Made by a program: the position numbers and the translations under genes
Notes under the pieces: generated by a model
Told to the model about the DNA's origin: nothing
Database searches by the model: none
What the model saw: only the letters and a program-made list of their open reading frames with translations
DNA from: the human T2T-CHM13v2.0 reference genome, Homo sapiens
Assembly (NCBI RefSeq): GCF_009914755.1
Contig: NC_060939.1
Strand: one strand, 5' to 3'
DNA length: 64,000 bases
Shown here: piece by piece, positions 1-18,982 of the stretch
How the letters are laid out: each line of letters begins with the position of its first letter
How positions within the stretch are numbered: position 1 is the first letter of the stretch

Positions 1-2340
<2,340 letters not shown>

Positions 2341-3499
2341 ATTCTCATTCCCTTTGTTTCCCTAATATGACATGTTCTATGTTCATTTCCTTTTTAAGCT
2401 TTCTGTCCCAGACTGCTTTAAAGACTATACATCCTCTGAGTTCCCCATAAATAAAACTGTGACACATAACTCACACTATAATTCAGATGTGGAGAGAAAA
2501 ATAAAATTTCTTCATTTCATTTAGAACTAATCTGACTCTCCTTCCTACACTCACAAGTTAGTGGGAAAAAATAACTAAATGTTCAGTTCAGTGTAAAGTG
2601 TATTCTTATTCAATAATTTACAAAATTCAATTAGGTCAATTTCAGTCTATCTTGGATTACCCAGTCAGATGTGTCCAGGAAGTAAATAATTAGCAAATTC
2701 CACCATTTGTCCTAGATATTTTCCAATTTAACCTTAGATTTTTGAACGTGGCATTTATGGCAAGGACTCATTTTCCTGTTATGCTGTCTCTTTTCTAACG
2801 AAAGAGAAATAGCTGTTAAGTTCTGACATTCACTTCCCCTCTCTGGAGTATCTTGACTACACTTAAATGATTCATACCAAAAGGCTGATCAACCCACATC
2901 AACAAGAATCAATTAAAAAAAGCAAAAACAGGGGAAAGTGGAAAAGTTTACTATGCCTATGTACATACTTGTATATGCACGTATAAATTCAACATGGAAG
3001 ATCAGATGATTTATTAAGAAATATCAGTTGACAATAAAACTAGTAATAAAGACTATTCTTCAATAGACAGTACACTAATATAGAAGGAGGAGAAACAAAA
3101 TGATAGGAGTGGTTAGAAAGGGCATTCAGAGTGTAAGGAAGGGGCAGAAGGAGAAGAGCAGAAAGGAGAAATGTAGTATTTGTCACCCATTCTCTTTGAT
3201 AAGTGAATACAATGCTGTTGTATCCTAAATATGAGAACAGCTGACTTTAATATCAGGTCAAAGCACTATCTGACTAATAGGAAATGCAGTTATTCCTTCA
3301 GCTCATGATCAGGGCTTGAACAAGATCTGTTGTCATTTGTCACTCTGTCACAGATAGTTCAGTGGAATTATTCTGTTTCTTCTGACCTACAGTTGTATAG
3401 TCTCTTTGCTGCTATCATTATGCACAGCACTGAAATGTTACTTTAAACAGTACCTTAGAAATCAGCTCTGCAGTCATCTCCTTGATAAATTTAGAAACA

Positions 3500-3568
3500 C
3501 CCAACACCTAGCATAATACCCTGGACAGAGTACATACTCAGCAAATAATTCCTGAATGAATGAATGAA
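3500..3568 (+). mobile_element. L2 3' end fragment
   Basis: cacctagcataataccctggacagag...ctcagcaaataattcctgaatgaatgaatgaa, a typical L2 terminus. Confidence 0.6.
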
Positions 3569-4446
3569 GTTCTCCTTTCATTGAAGAAGATGGAGTGATG
3601 TCGTAGTCTTCCTTTCTTAAATATTCCCCAAAGAAAAAGATGTGAACATTTTAAATTTAACCCTGAATAAGGAACAAGTAGGACAGAACTCAAGAGAAAA
3701 TAAAAAGGGGAATTAATAAATAGCTACAAATGTGCTAATACCTCACAGCAAGAATGGAAGTAGACAAGCCACACATAGTGAAAAAATAATTTTGATGACA
3801 AATGACAGAAAATGCATTATGCGCTTTATTGCACCAAGGACACTTCCATATCCTTACACATTTCCATACCCATACACATTTTCATTTATGTCTTCAAGGT
3901 TTATTCAATGTCCAGTGCCAACTCAAGGCAAATAGAAAAGTACAATGGGCCATGCACAAAAATACTGGCTCAAGAGGCTAATATGAATTTAAATTTCAAT
4001 CTTCCTTCACAGCCGCTTTCCTGGTGTTTGCTAGCTGACTCTGACACACATTTTTTTGGCTCTGGAATTAAAATACAATGTTGGTGTAATTACTTTTCCA
4101 AGAATAGCAATGGTCACTATAATTTTTCTAAGCAGTTCCTAATCTTTTTACATTTTAGTGTTTGCAAATTCTTGGAAACACCACAATACATAATGTAATA
4201 CATTTGGAAGTTATATAAGGATAGCCAAGTTCAACTTCCCTTAATCTGAAAATATCAAAAACTAGACATCCACATAGCCTAAGAAAAGATTATCCTATAA
4301 CTTTTCTACACTGAATACCAACTGGAACCATTCTTAGAAGATATTAATTCAGATTTTGCTATAGAGGTCTAGCATGCCAGTATCATCTTTACTGTGAGGA
4401 CGTCCTCTTAGGAAATAATTCAACTGTTAGTCAATGAAAAAACTAA

Positions 4447-4787
<341 letters not shown>

Positions 4788-4974
4788 TTAAACTTCCTCT
4801 GACCAATTACTAGGCCAGACATGGGTGCCCTCTGGCCTGCTGTCTGATTTGTCCTTTAGCTTAATGTTCCTAGGCCTGTGGAAAGTTTTAAATGTTATGT
4901 GTTGGTGGGGTGACCCTTTCCCTACCATAAAGATCAATAAATTTTATAATACAAACATCTATGACAAACAATTC

Positions 4975-6004
4975 TTTTTCAAAAATGGATTTATTGAGAT
5001 ATACTTTACCTATCATAAAATTCACCATTTAAAGGGCACAATTCAGTGATTTTTGATATGTTTACAACAATCTAATTTTAGAATATTTTTGTCCCTCCTA
5101 AAAGAAACCCTGTATCCATTAGCTAATTCTCATTCCTGCCAACACATTTCCTAATCCCTACCAACGCCTGGCAACTACTAATCTATTTTTTGTCTCTAAT
5201 GGTTTGCCTATTCTGGACATTTTATAAAAAGGGAATCATACGACTTGTGGCCCTTTGGGTTTTACCATAACTTTTTCAAGCTTCATCTATGTTGTAGTAT
5301 GTATCAGTACTTTCTTTTTATTGCAAAATCATATTCTATTACATGGATATACCACATTTTGTTTATCCTTTTCTCAGTGTATAGACATTTGGGTTGTTTC
5401 CACTCTTAAGCTATTATGAAAAATGCTGCTATGAACATTCATTAACAAATTTTTGTGTGGACATCTATTTTCAATTCTCTCGGTTGTCATCTTAGGAGTG
5501 GTATTGCTGGGTCACATGGTAACTCTATAAACATAGAGTTTAACTTATTGAGGAACTGCCAAACTGTTTTCCAAAGTGGCTATACCATTTTCTATTCCTA
5601 CCAGCAGTATAGGAGGGTTCTAGTTTCTCCACATCCTCACAAGCAAGGCTTGTCTATCCATTTAATTATAGCCATCCTAATGGGTATGAGGTGGTATCTC
5701 ACTATCGTTTTGATTTTAATTTTCCCTATGACTAATGATGTGGAACATCTTTTCATGTGCTTATTGGCCATTTTTGTATCTTGTTTGGAGAAATGTCTAT
5801 TCAAATCCTTTGCCCTTTTGTTATTGGGCTATCTTTTCATTATTGAGTTGTAAGAGTTCTTCATATATTCTGGATATGAGTCCCTTATCAGTTACATGAT
5901 TTGCAAATATTTTCTCCCATTTTGTGGGTTGTCTTTTTACTTTCTTGGTGACATTTGCAGCACAAAGTTTTTTATTTTGATGAAGTCCAATTTAGCTATT
6001 TTGG
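4975..6004 (-). mobile_element. L1MB-type 3' end
   Basis: Reverse-complement L1M 3' UTR (ttattgagatatactttac...) continuing into ORF2-end sequence (gtggtatctcact...actaatgatgtggaacatcttttcatgtgc). Confidence 0.85.
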
Positions 6005-6293
<289 letters not shown>

Positions 6294-6599
6294 TCATTAT
6301 GATTTTGATCTCATATCTACACTAATTTTGAATATAATCATATACCTAGAAATCCACTGCTAAGCCACTTTGTACTTCTTGGCGGAAAGGCAGCATGCAT
6401 TATTGCTGTTGCCTACAGATTTAAAAGTTGGGTCAATTTAAAAACAAATTGCAATAGTGCAACCAACAGGGAAACCCTGCTAAAAATGGCTGGCATGTGC
6501 TACCAGCCATGTCTTAGTTATCCATAGAAATGAGGGAGATAGCCCATGCAACTGAAATCCACAGATGATATGCAATCTTTATTTCAAACATAGTTTTAA

Positions 6600-6659
6600 G
6601 CTCCCAAACCAGACCTCTAACCAGAGTTGGCTCCCAAACCAGACCTCTAACCAGAGTTG
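6600..6659. repeat. Perfect 30-bp tandem duplication
   Basis: gctcccaaaccagacctctaaccagagttg occurs at 6600-6629 and 6630-6659. Confidence 0.98.
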
Positions 6660-7116
6660 TTAAGAAGTAGACCACTCATTTGACTGAGTTTTACTTCTCC
6701 TGGAATCTGTACCACCATCTGACCAATACTTCCACAAGCTTCAAAGTAGCTTAAAGAAATAAGGCACACAAGAGTATAAGTAACCCAAATAAACCTTAAG
6801 CTGGACAGTGGGCTCCTTAAAAAACAGAGTAACCCTAGTGAATAAAGGGCTGGCTTTGCTCCTCCATTCCATATTCCAGCCATCAAAAAGTCACTATAAA
6901 AAGCCTTTGCAAACAATTTATTTATAAATAATATATTTGTTGAGATGTAAAAATGGAAAGTGACATAATCAAATTAACTCATTTATCAAATGAGGAATCA
7001 ATAAGAAAAAAAGATAGAATAGATATTTGTTTCATACAACATTGTTAGAAGCAATAGGTAGAACTAGAATATCTTTCCTTGTCCTTTCTGTCATCTCCAT
7101 TTGCATTTAAAATCCT

Positions 7117-7490
7117 TCAGTCAGTCAACAAATGTTATTTAATACCTACTATGTGCTGGAAGTACATATATCAATAATATATAACTCTTGACTTAGAGGA
7201 ATCTGAAATTATTCAAGTCTAGGTCAACCTACTAATTCCTCTATGAAACCTTCCCAGAGTTCTCCAATTGGGAATGATCTTTTCCATTACTGATTTTGGA
7301 TAGTATTTTATCAACATCTTTATTGGAAAGTTATAACCCTCTACTTTATGATTTAGTTGTTTATAAACATGTCTTGTCTCCAGCACTAAACAATAATCTT
7401 CTTGTGGGCAGGATCTATGTACAAGTAACCTTCCTGACCCCTAGATCACCCTGTATATGACCACAATAAATTTTAGTTTAGTGAATAAAC
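7117..7490. mobile_element. L2 fragments (minus ~7117-7200, plus ~7230-7490)
   Basis: tcagtcaacaaatgttatttaatacctactatgtgc (L2 end, reversed); tgtcttgtctcc...ttgtgggcaggatc...caataaattttagtttagtgaataaa. Confidence 0.55.
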
Positions 7491-7776
7491 TTTTTAAAAA
7501 AATCAAATTTAGGAACACCAGAAGATTAATATAAACCATATCTTTCACAAAAATTATATCTATGAATTATTAATGCAGAAGCTTATTACCTTAGTCTGGA
7601 ATATCAGCTATTCTAGTTTCCATATAAATGATTTCTTCTCATCTTAAGCAGTGTGCAAAAAAAGAGAGTGGTTACATCTTTAGAATATTTCAGCTCAAGT
7701 AATAAAATTCAAAACACTAGAAAGAAAAAAATGATAGAGAAGTTATGCTTGAGGAGTATCTGATAACTAAAGAGTA

Positions 7777-8438
<662 letters not shown>

Positions 8439-8494
8439 TAAACCTACAAAGCAAATAATTAGATCCTAAATTGACTATTTCTCACTGGTCCTGA

Positions 8495-8842
<348 letters not shown>

Positions 8843-8855
8843 TTTAAAGATATTA

Positions 8856-9950
8856 CAGTTTTAAAGATTGACAGTTGTAAACATAGTACAGACTTCCAAT
8901 ATATCTGATACCATTTCCTTTCCTATTATTAACATCTTACATTAGTACAGCACATTTGTCACAATAACCAATATTATTATTTTAAAATAAAATCCATACT
9001 TTATTCACATTTCCTTAGTTCTAACCTAATGCTCTTTTTCTATTCTAGGATCTCACAATATATTCTGTAGTCATGTCTCCTTAGGCTCCTCTTGGCCGTT
9101 ACTGTTTTTTAGATTTTCCTTGTTTTTTTATGATCTTGACAGTTTCGAGGAGTACTAGTCAAGTATTTTGTAGAATGTCTCTCAGTGGGGATTTGTCTGA
9201 TGTTTTCCTCATGATTAACTGAGCTTATAGGTTTTTATAAGGAGGAAGAACTTATAGGGAGGAAGAACTACAGAGATAAAGTGCCATTTTTATCACATCA
9301 TATCAAGGGTAATACTATGAACATTTATCACTGTTAATGCTGATCTTCATTGCCTGGCTAAGGCAATGTCTGTCAGAATTTTCCACTGTAAAGTTAACTC
9401 TTTTTTTTTTTCCTCTTTATGTGCTCTATTCTTTGGAAGTAAGTCACTATGTACAGCCCATACTAAAGGAGTGAGGAGTTGTGCTCCACCTCCTTGAGAA
9501 CAAAGTAGTTACATATATTATTTTGAATTTTTCTTCATGGGAGATTTGTCTTTTCTCCCAATTATTATAGCTTTTTCTAGTCTCTCCAATTTATTCAGAC
9601 TTTTATTTATATCAGTATGGACTTATGTATATTGGTTTTATACTTTGGGTTACAATGCAATACTACTTTATTTTGTTGCTCAAATTTTTCTGGCATTGAC
9701 CATTGGGAGCTCTTTCAGTTGGATCCTGTGTCCCTTTAACATACGCAACCATTGTGTTTCTTTTGAGCACTTACTGTCTGGCACTATAAGATGCTTCAGG
9801 CCTATATTGTATATTTCCTGTCCCCATCCTAGAATCAGCCATTTCTCTAAGGATCCTTCATTCCTTTACCTGAGAATGGTATTCGAATCTAAGAGCCAAG
9901 TGCAAGGTGTACTTGTTACTAGTTGGGTACTATTGCTTCCACAGCCACTT
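8856..9950 (-). mobile_element. L1MC4/L1MC5-type 3' region
   Basis: gtcatgtctccttagg...tgacagtttcgaggagtactagtcaagtattttgtagaatgtc...ccactgtaaagtta...ttgggagctctttcagttgg. Confidence 0.8.
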
Positions 9951-10232
9951 CTTTTTACATAACATTTGTTTCCATTTCCAGAATCAAAATATTGCTCAGG
10001 ACACCCTGAGATAGTGCCTAGGAACAATATTAGAGACCAGAAGTCCTTTCACTCTGATTTTGGGAAGCACCACTCTAATATATCAGTTTTAGTCCCAACA
10101 AAAGACACCATGACCATTTCTTAAACACAGTGAACAATTACACTCCATTTAATACTTATCCAGTGGTATACTTCTCTGTCCCTTATAGAATCATAGAATG
10201 TTAGAGCCAGAAAGGGCCTTAGAGAATACTGA

Positions 10233-11330
10233 ATTCATTTGTTCATTCATTCACAAATGTATATTGAGGGTCTAGTATGTGCTGGGTAGTATCCTAGGTG
10301 ATGGGGATGTAACAGGACATAAAATGAGACACACTCCCTGTCATGAGGGAGTCCATGGTCTGGTAAGAGAGATGCATGCTATTTTTAAAATATCACACAA
10401 ATAATTACAACAGTGTAACTGTGCTAAGTGTTACAAAGAAGAGGTAGATGATATTATGAGATAATACTGCAGGGAGACTTGATCTGTTGTGGATTAGGAG
10501 TCAGGGAAGGCTTCCCAGAGGAAGCTAAAATCAGATGGAATAGGAGGTAACTAACTTAGAGCATGAAAACAACTTCAAACAAGGGGAAGGCAAAAGTTTG
10601 CAGCAGGAGAGAATGTGGTACATTAAAAAGCTCAGAGAGTTAGGGGGATACTGGCAAAAGATGAACATGGAAGGAAAGCAACCACAGTAGTCCTTGCCAG
10701 TCATGGTAAAGATTTAGTCTTTATTTTAAGAGCAATGGGAAGTTCTTGAAGTAAAGTTCATTAGAGTTTTAAGGAGGGTGGGATGGGTAGTGACATCTTG
10801 AAATTAGTGTTTTGCAAGGATCGTTCTGGTTGCTGTGTGGAGAATGAATATGAGTGGGTGAAAAGCCCAAATACTAGTATTTTTACTGGAATAGCAGAAA
10901 AAGATGATGCTAGAGAGCTTGGATGGGAGCGGTGGCAGTGGAGATGGAGAAAAGCAGACAGATTTGAGTTATGTAGGAAGCAAAATTGAGAAGACTCTGT
11001 GACATACTGGATATGAAACAAGAATAAGGATGGCTTAAGGCAAGACCTAGGTTTCTAGTTTTGCACAATCAGATGGACGATGGATGATGTCATTCATTAA
11101 TAAAGAAAACACTGTAAGAGGACCAGGTTTGATAGGGAAGTCCACGAGCGCAGTTCATTCTGAGATATCCAAATGGAAAGGCTAACAAGATAATTAGATA
11201 TAAAAAAACTGAAGCTCAGGGTGAGAAATATAAATTTGATATAGTTACTAATTTTATAGATGGTAACTGAAGCTGTAAGCACAGATAAGATAGTTTAGGA
11301 AAGAATTCAGAATATGAAAAGAAGAGGCAC
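10233..11330 (-). mobile_element. L2, long fragment
   Basis: ttcattcattcacaaatgtatattgag terminus, then gtcagggaaggcttcccagaggaag and ttttaagagcaatgggaag. Confidence 0.8.
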
Positions 11331-11984
11331 TGAGCAAGACAAGTTATTCACAAAATGAGATTAATAATTTCCATTTCATAGAATTATAGTCAGGATTAAA
11401 CGTCATCACATGTGTGAAAGCAAATAGCAAACTGTAAGCACCCAACCTTTAAAGCATTGAAATTGTGCATTTTATAAAAAACACTCCTATGGAATATATC
11501 TATGGTTGTGTGCCTTCTCATGTTCAACTGCTTTATGTAATGTATATATGATCACTTATGTCTTTTAAAACACAAAATCTCTGGCAGTTATAGTAAAGGA
11601 TTAACAGCTACTAATAACATGACAAACAGTGTTGTTTTAATGTTATTTCATTTTCCTAATCATTGGCCCACAGGTGAAAATGAGGCATTGAGGGAAGAAA
11701 GCATCAGGGTGTGGGAGCAGCTTTTATCCCAACCTCTATCCTATTATCTTCCCTGCAATCGTCCGCTCTCCAGAGCCATTTGGAACAACTGTTTACAACC
11801 ATAAAAGTCCCAAACCCGCCAGATTTTACTAGAGTCTCTTCAAATACACATTAACTAATTCCACAACAAATAACATCTTGATTATAGAAACTGATTCTTG
11901 AGTGAATGCAAAAACATCTAATACAAAGAATGGTTTAACAGCTTGTAATCATCAACTGAATGCTATTTTCGTAGGGGTTGTCTG

Positions 11985-12048
11985 CCAAAGAATAGAATTA
12001 TTCTAGCTATAATAATTCTATAGAATTATAGCTAATTCTATTCTTTGG
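11985..12048. repeat. AT-rich near-perfect palindrome
   Basis: Outer arms ccaaagaatagaatta / taattctattctttgg; loop-less centre aattcta|tagaatt. Confidence 0.9.
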
Positions 12049-12209
12049 AGAATATATTAATAATCCTCTAATTAGATTCTACCCATATTTTAATCATATG
12101 TAAACTCTTTGGGATAAAACTGTGAGTGATATGTCAGTTTTCAAAAAGGTAATACCAGAATCACAAGGATGAAAGGTACACAAGGATCTGCTTCCAAAAG
12201 AGTGGAGCT

Positions 12210-12564
<355 letters not shown>

Positions 12565-13129
12565 CTATAGGATCTGAAATGCAGCCCTGCTTCTCTCACA
12601 AAGCTTTGTGACCAGGAGCTAGGGTGGGTAGCTGGGGTGGAAGTTGTTTGTGTCTTATTTTATTTTTTTACTTGGCCCAGGATTAATGACTCTGGCACCT
12701 TATAGACTAGTAGTAGCACTGTAGAAGCATCAAACACAAGAACAATTATTTGGACTCCAGAAAAACACTGGAGTCTTTTATAACTTGATTTGAGTTTAGA
12801 TAGTAGTCTATGTTTTTACGACAAAAGCAACTACTAAAGTGCTTTTATTAAATGATTAGCACTATCCTCAGCTACTAAGAGGATCTCATTTGCTTGTTGA
12901 AGCCCTGTAACTGACACTATACTATCAACATAAAGTCACTATACACACTACAAGCTTTACTATGCAATGCATTTTAAAACATTGAAAATAAATTAAAAAT
13001 CAAGTCCTTTAAATTTTACCAATTATTGCTATGAAAAAGCCACCAAATAGGAAAAATAACTCTTCAGGAAAGGAAATATGAAACATTCTTAAAGTAGCTG
13101 TGGTGCTCTGTGGTACAAGGTAGATGTGG

Positions 13130-13305
13130 CACAATCATCTGCAATCCAAAGGCCTCAGTTCAAATCTTGGCCTCTGATCTTAACTATTGTGTGACCTTAA
13201 GTCACTTAACCTCTTTCAGCCTCAGTTTCTTCACCTATACATTAACTGGATTAAACTAAATTATTTCTAAGGCCTCCTCCAGCACTGACGATTCTCTAAT
13301 TCTAT
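13130..13305 (+). mobile_element. MIR
   Basis: Core gttcaaatcttggcctct...tgtgtgaccttaagtcacttaacctctttcagcctcagtttcttcacc. Confidence 0.8.
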
Positions 13306-14329
13306 AAATGTCATGATTATACATCTCCTTTTCTTTGCGTGATCTTCTTCATTTTCTATACCAGGTATTTTCTAACCACCATTTTACCTCCTTATCCTGG
13401 TACTTCTTCCCATTTGTCCCCAAATTGAAATAACCTCCTCCCTTATTCATTAATCAACATATGATTCTCTCTCATCTTCAAACCTTTCCAAACAAGTAAC
13501 TTTAACATTTTCATTTGCAGTTATTCACTGAAGAACTTAAAGCTTTAATTACTTCTTTGTCCACTGTCCAAATTCTTTCTGACAACTTGGCCTAGAACAA
13601 ATACTCCAGCTTATATTTAGGCAGTCAACAAGCATTTAAAATTCAAGGTAGTGGGGGGATTCCCAAAAATTAAAGATACCCAGGAGGAAAACTAGCATAT
13701 AAACAAACCAGGATAGAAAAAATCTGAAGTAATATTTAAATGAAAGAGAGTAGGGCAAATACAGTGAAAATAAACTCTAAATAGCCAGAGCAGCAGAAAT
13801 CTCAATATAGGCTAGTCAGTTCATCTGCAAAGAAGAATAAGAATTGAATTGACTGAGGAAATCTCTGCATGTGGGGCAACCTACACAGAAACCCAGGTAC
13901 CAAGCAATTATAATTCTGAAAAGCCTTTCCAGGTGTTTTCTTTTTTCTAGAAAAGAGAGATGGCCAGGAGAACAAGTTTCCTAATGACAGTTTTAGTTAC
14001 ATGTTTCAATAGTCTAAAGAGTGTCAGCCATAGCAGTGTGAAAAAATGTCTCATTAGAAAAAAGAACATGACTGTCAATTTAAGCAATTCCTTCAAATAC
14101 ACTAGTTAAGGGGTCATCATGCTCATAAAGGATGACTTCAGAAACCTAGGCTAGGAAGGGCACTCTCTTGGCAAGTGTGTCAGACGCCTCTCCTTGGTTC
14201 TCCTCCACACCATTATCTCATTGACCCTTAAACACCTCCTCAGTTTCCCTCCACACCATTGTCTCATCATCCCTGAGGACAACCAGGGACATTGCAGGAG
14301 GGAGGAGGAAATCTTCCCTGTTGACTACA

Positions 14330-15082
<753 letters not shown>

Positions 15083-15639
15083 GCAACAAAATCCAAAAGG
15101 AAGTAAAGAACCTTGGATTAGGAATCGACACACATTAGTTCTAATTTTGCTATAATTGGTTCTGTTATTAATTAACTATTTGATCTTGAACAATGAACAT
15201 TCTGAATTCTGTAAAATGGGATAGGAGTTAGAGAAGAGGGACTAAGCTTCATGACTGCTGGGTCCCTTCCAGTTCCAGCGCTTTGTGATCCTTAGGAATT
15301 AAAAACCTCAAAGCCTCAAATAACCCATTAGAAAATGGGTCAGTGTGAAAACCATGGAGTCCTATATATCCCAATTCATTTGACCACATCCATAGTTTGG
15401 ATCAGCTTTATGAAATACATCTATAACCTAATCTTAGCTCTGAAACAGGGCCATTTTCATTATCATCAGCAGCCAATGTTATTTGACGTGTAACAGTATA
15501 TTCTGCAACTTAACCAAATCTCACAAATCCAATAAAACCAGGCCACAGAAGGACTTATGAGAATTACAAGACCACATCTGTTCTGAGGAGAAGTTATAAA
15601 TACAAGAATATTTCAAAAAAACAAATATCAAGCAGTATC

Positions 15640-15950
15640 AAGTGAAGGAAGCCAGTCACAAAAGACCACACATGGTAGGTATAATTATGTTTATATGAAA
15701 TGTCCAGCATTGGCAAATCTATAGAGACAGAAAGTAGATTTGTGGTTTGCCTCAGACCGGAAGCTGGGGAACTGTGGAGTGACTGCTAAGGGGCATGAGG
15801 TTTCTTTTGGAAGTCATGAAATGTTCTAAAATTATATTGTGGTGATGGTTGTACAACTCCGTGAATAAGCTTAAAGCCACTGAATTATGTACTTTAAATA
15901 GATAAATTGTATGATGTGTAAATTATATCTCAGTAAAGCTCTTTTTAAAA
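15640..15950 (+). mobile_element. L1MB-type 3' end
   Basis: gaagccagtcacaaaagaccaca...ggcaaatctatagagacagaaagtagatt...aaattatatctcagtaaagct. Confidence 0.85.
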
Positions 15951-15957
15951 GTAATGG

Positions 15958-16268
<311 letters not shown>

Positions 16269-16828
16269 TCAGAAGCAAAAATGTGTGAGGAACAAATAGG
16301 CATTTTTCTGTAAGAACAGAGCATTTTTAAAGATTTTATCTTTTAAATGGCTCTGGAAGGGGAAGCATATAGTAACTTTATTTCTGTTTGACACTAAATT
16401 TCCCCAAGCAACAAAGAGCCAGGATCTTTGAGGACAAATAACAGGAAAAACTTAGGAACCTGTGCAACTGGCAGAGAAGTTTTAATGTGAGCAAATGCAA
16501 GATGACACATTTGGTGTGAAGAACCCTCAACTAGCATCAATCACAAACTACAGAAGGGACCTGGGAGTGAGCGGATTATTCAACTCAACAGAACATTTTG
16601 GAGAAAGCTATGATATACAAGGTATTATCTTAAGAGCTGTAGTAAAGAGGGAAATATAAAGATGATATAAATAGATTCCCACCCCCTCCTCGATTTCAAA
16701 GAGCCTTTAAGGGACAGAACATGCACATTTCAAGGCCAGGTGAATAAATGCTATGATAGAGTCTGCATAGGTTCTAGAAGGGTAAAGAAAGCCTTCATAG
16801 AAGAACTAGAATTTTCTCTGGGCCTTAA

Positions 16829-17233
<405 letters not shown>

Positions 17234-18982
17234 AGGGTCACTATATTTTATAAGGTAAAGTAAAACTTCATTTATATAGAGACAGGTTTCTGGACAAATC
17301 CCTGGTTTCAAATTCAGAAACACCTTTAAAAAATAGTATTTAAGTTTCAGATCAAGTCCCTGAACACCTGGCAACAAAAATAGCCAAAAGTGCTAAAGAG
17401 CTGCACTGGCTATTTGTAGGAAAAGCCTTCTTCCAATCTGCTGACAATGTGTACGACACAAAGGAGAAGACAAGAAGGTAAGTGGAGAGAGCTGTCAGAT
17501 AGAACAGAGATTAGAAGCAGAAGCAGAGGTTGGAAATGATGACAGAGTAGGCAGCAAGGTTGCAAGTAGCAGACACTGGCACATAAGAAAGCCAGTTACA
17601 AAAGAGGGAGAAAAGAAACTCATTCTACAGCCTAATCCAACAAAGAGTTACCAGCTCATAAGCAGCCCTTGAAGGCAGCGAGGGAAGACAGCATGCAAAG
17701 AGTGCCTAAGGACATGCTCCTTAGTATCCACACTAGGTGGATACCCAGAAGCGTGAAAACCAAGGCAGTTCAAGGGCCCAGGGGAGAAGGGGCTGTGACA
17801 GTGCTGAGCTCTACAGTGACAAATTAAATCATTCAGCTTCATGCCCTGCACCATATATATCTACAACACAGAACACTGACATTCCTAAACATGACCTTGA
17901 ATCAACAATAGATTAAAGTAAGATAAACATTCTCTGTTTAAAAAGGTACATCTTAGAAATATTCCCTTCAAAATTAAAGTCAAAATATTTGGGGCAGAAA
18001 TAATAAAATCCTCAACTATACAGCACACTTATTTTTTTAGTCCCCAAATGGCTTAGGCACTGATGACCTAGGACAACAGAAATTTCATTCCATAATGGAA
18101 CAAGAGGGCAGAAATGATAATTCTATGACGACTGCCTAAAAAAAGAAAAGGTGAGAAGCCACTTAATTACATAAAATAATGAAAAAGGAAAAAAATCCCT
18201 GGCACACTAACTTATTCCTCACATCTGAATCTGAGAATACTTGGATTAAGGGCTTGAGCTCTAAGAGAGGAACTGAGACAGGCCCCTGTGTGCAAACATT
18301 TTATATCCCTTAAAAATATATAGGCTCAGTGAACAGGAGGAAACTGTTTCTTATTTGTCTCTCTATCCTCCACAGTACTTAGACATAATGTCTAGTATAC
18401 AACATAAACTTTCAAACTGTAACACTCTTCTCTGCCACTTAACAACTAAATCTTATTTCACTGTGTACTTGCTGCTGCTTTTGATTAGCTCAGAAGAGTA
18501 AGGCAGTACCCTCCTACATTTTTCAGCTCTTGACACAAAGATACATCAATGGGGAAATCCTATGTCCTTCCTGACTCCCTACTCTTATGTGATTTACAGA
18601 TGCAATTTTATCATTATATTCTCTTTTCTCTCACTTCCCACAACCTAGACATTCCAGCTTTTCTCAATATCATAGTTACTTAACTCTGACTCCTTCACAG
18701 TCAAAATCTAGGGGCAGATTTCAGGGACAAGTCTCAATGCATTTGGGAGAGATTATGGTTTCAGTCTGGGCTTAAAGTAGACAAACTGTAATGTCCATGG
18801 ATGCTCTCACAGCCTCAGTCCTAAAGAAAAGTGTAGGGTTCTCCCAAGCTTCACCAAGATTACTGCTTTTTAGCAATAAAGGGCGGCCAGTGGTCTCTCA
18901 CTATTAGTCTGGCCCTTTGGCTGGACTATTATCATTACCCTTTATGCTTTGAATTGTTTAGAGCTTCTGATATAGGCCATAA

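Noticed and set aside
3843-3880. PYPYTF-PYPYTF peptide repeat in an ORF
   Set aside because: Imperfect 18-bp DNA duplication in a non-coding context
6600-6659. 30-bp direct repeat as a CRISPR-like unit
   Set aside because: Only two adjacent copies, no spacers, and eukaryotic context
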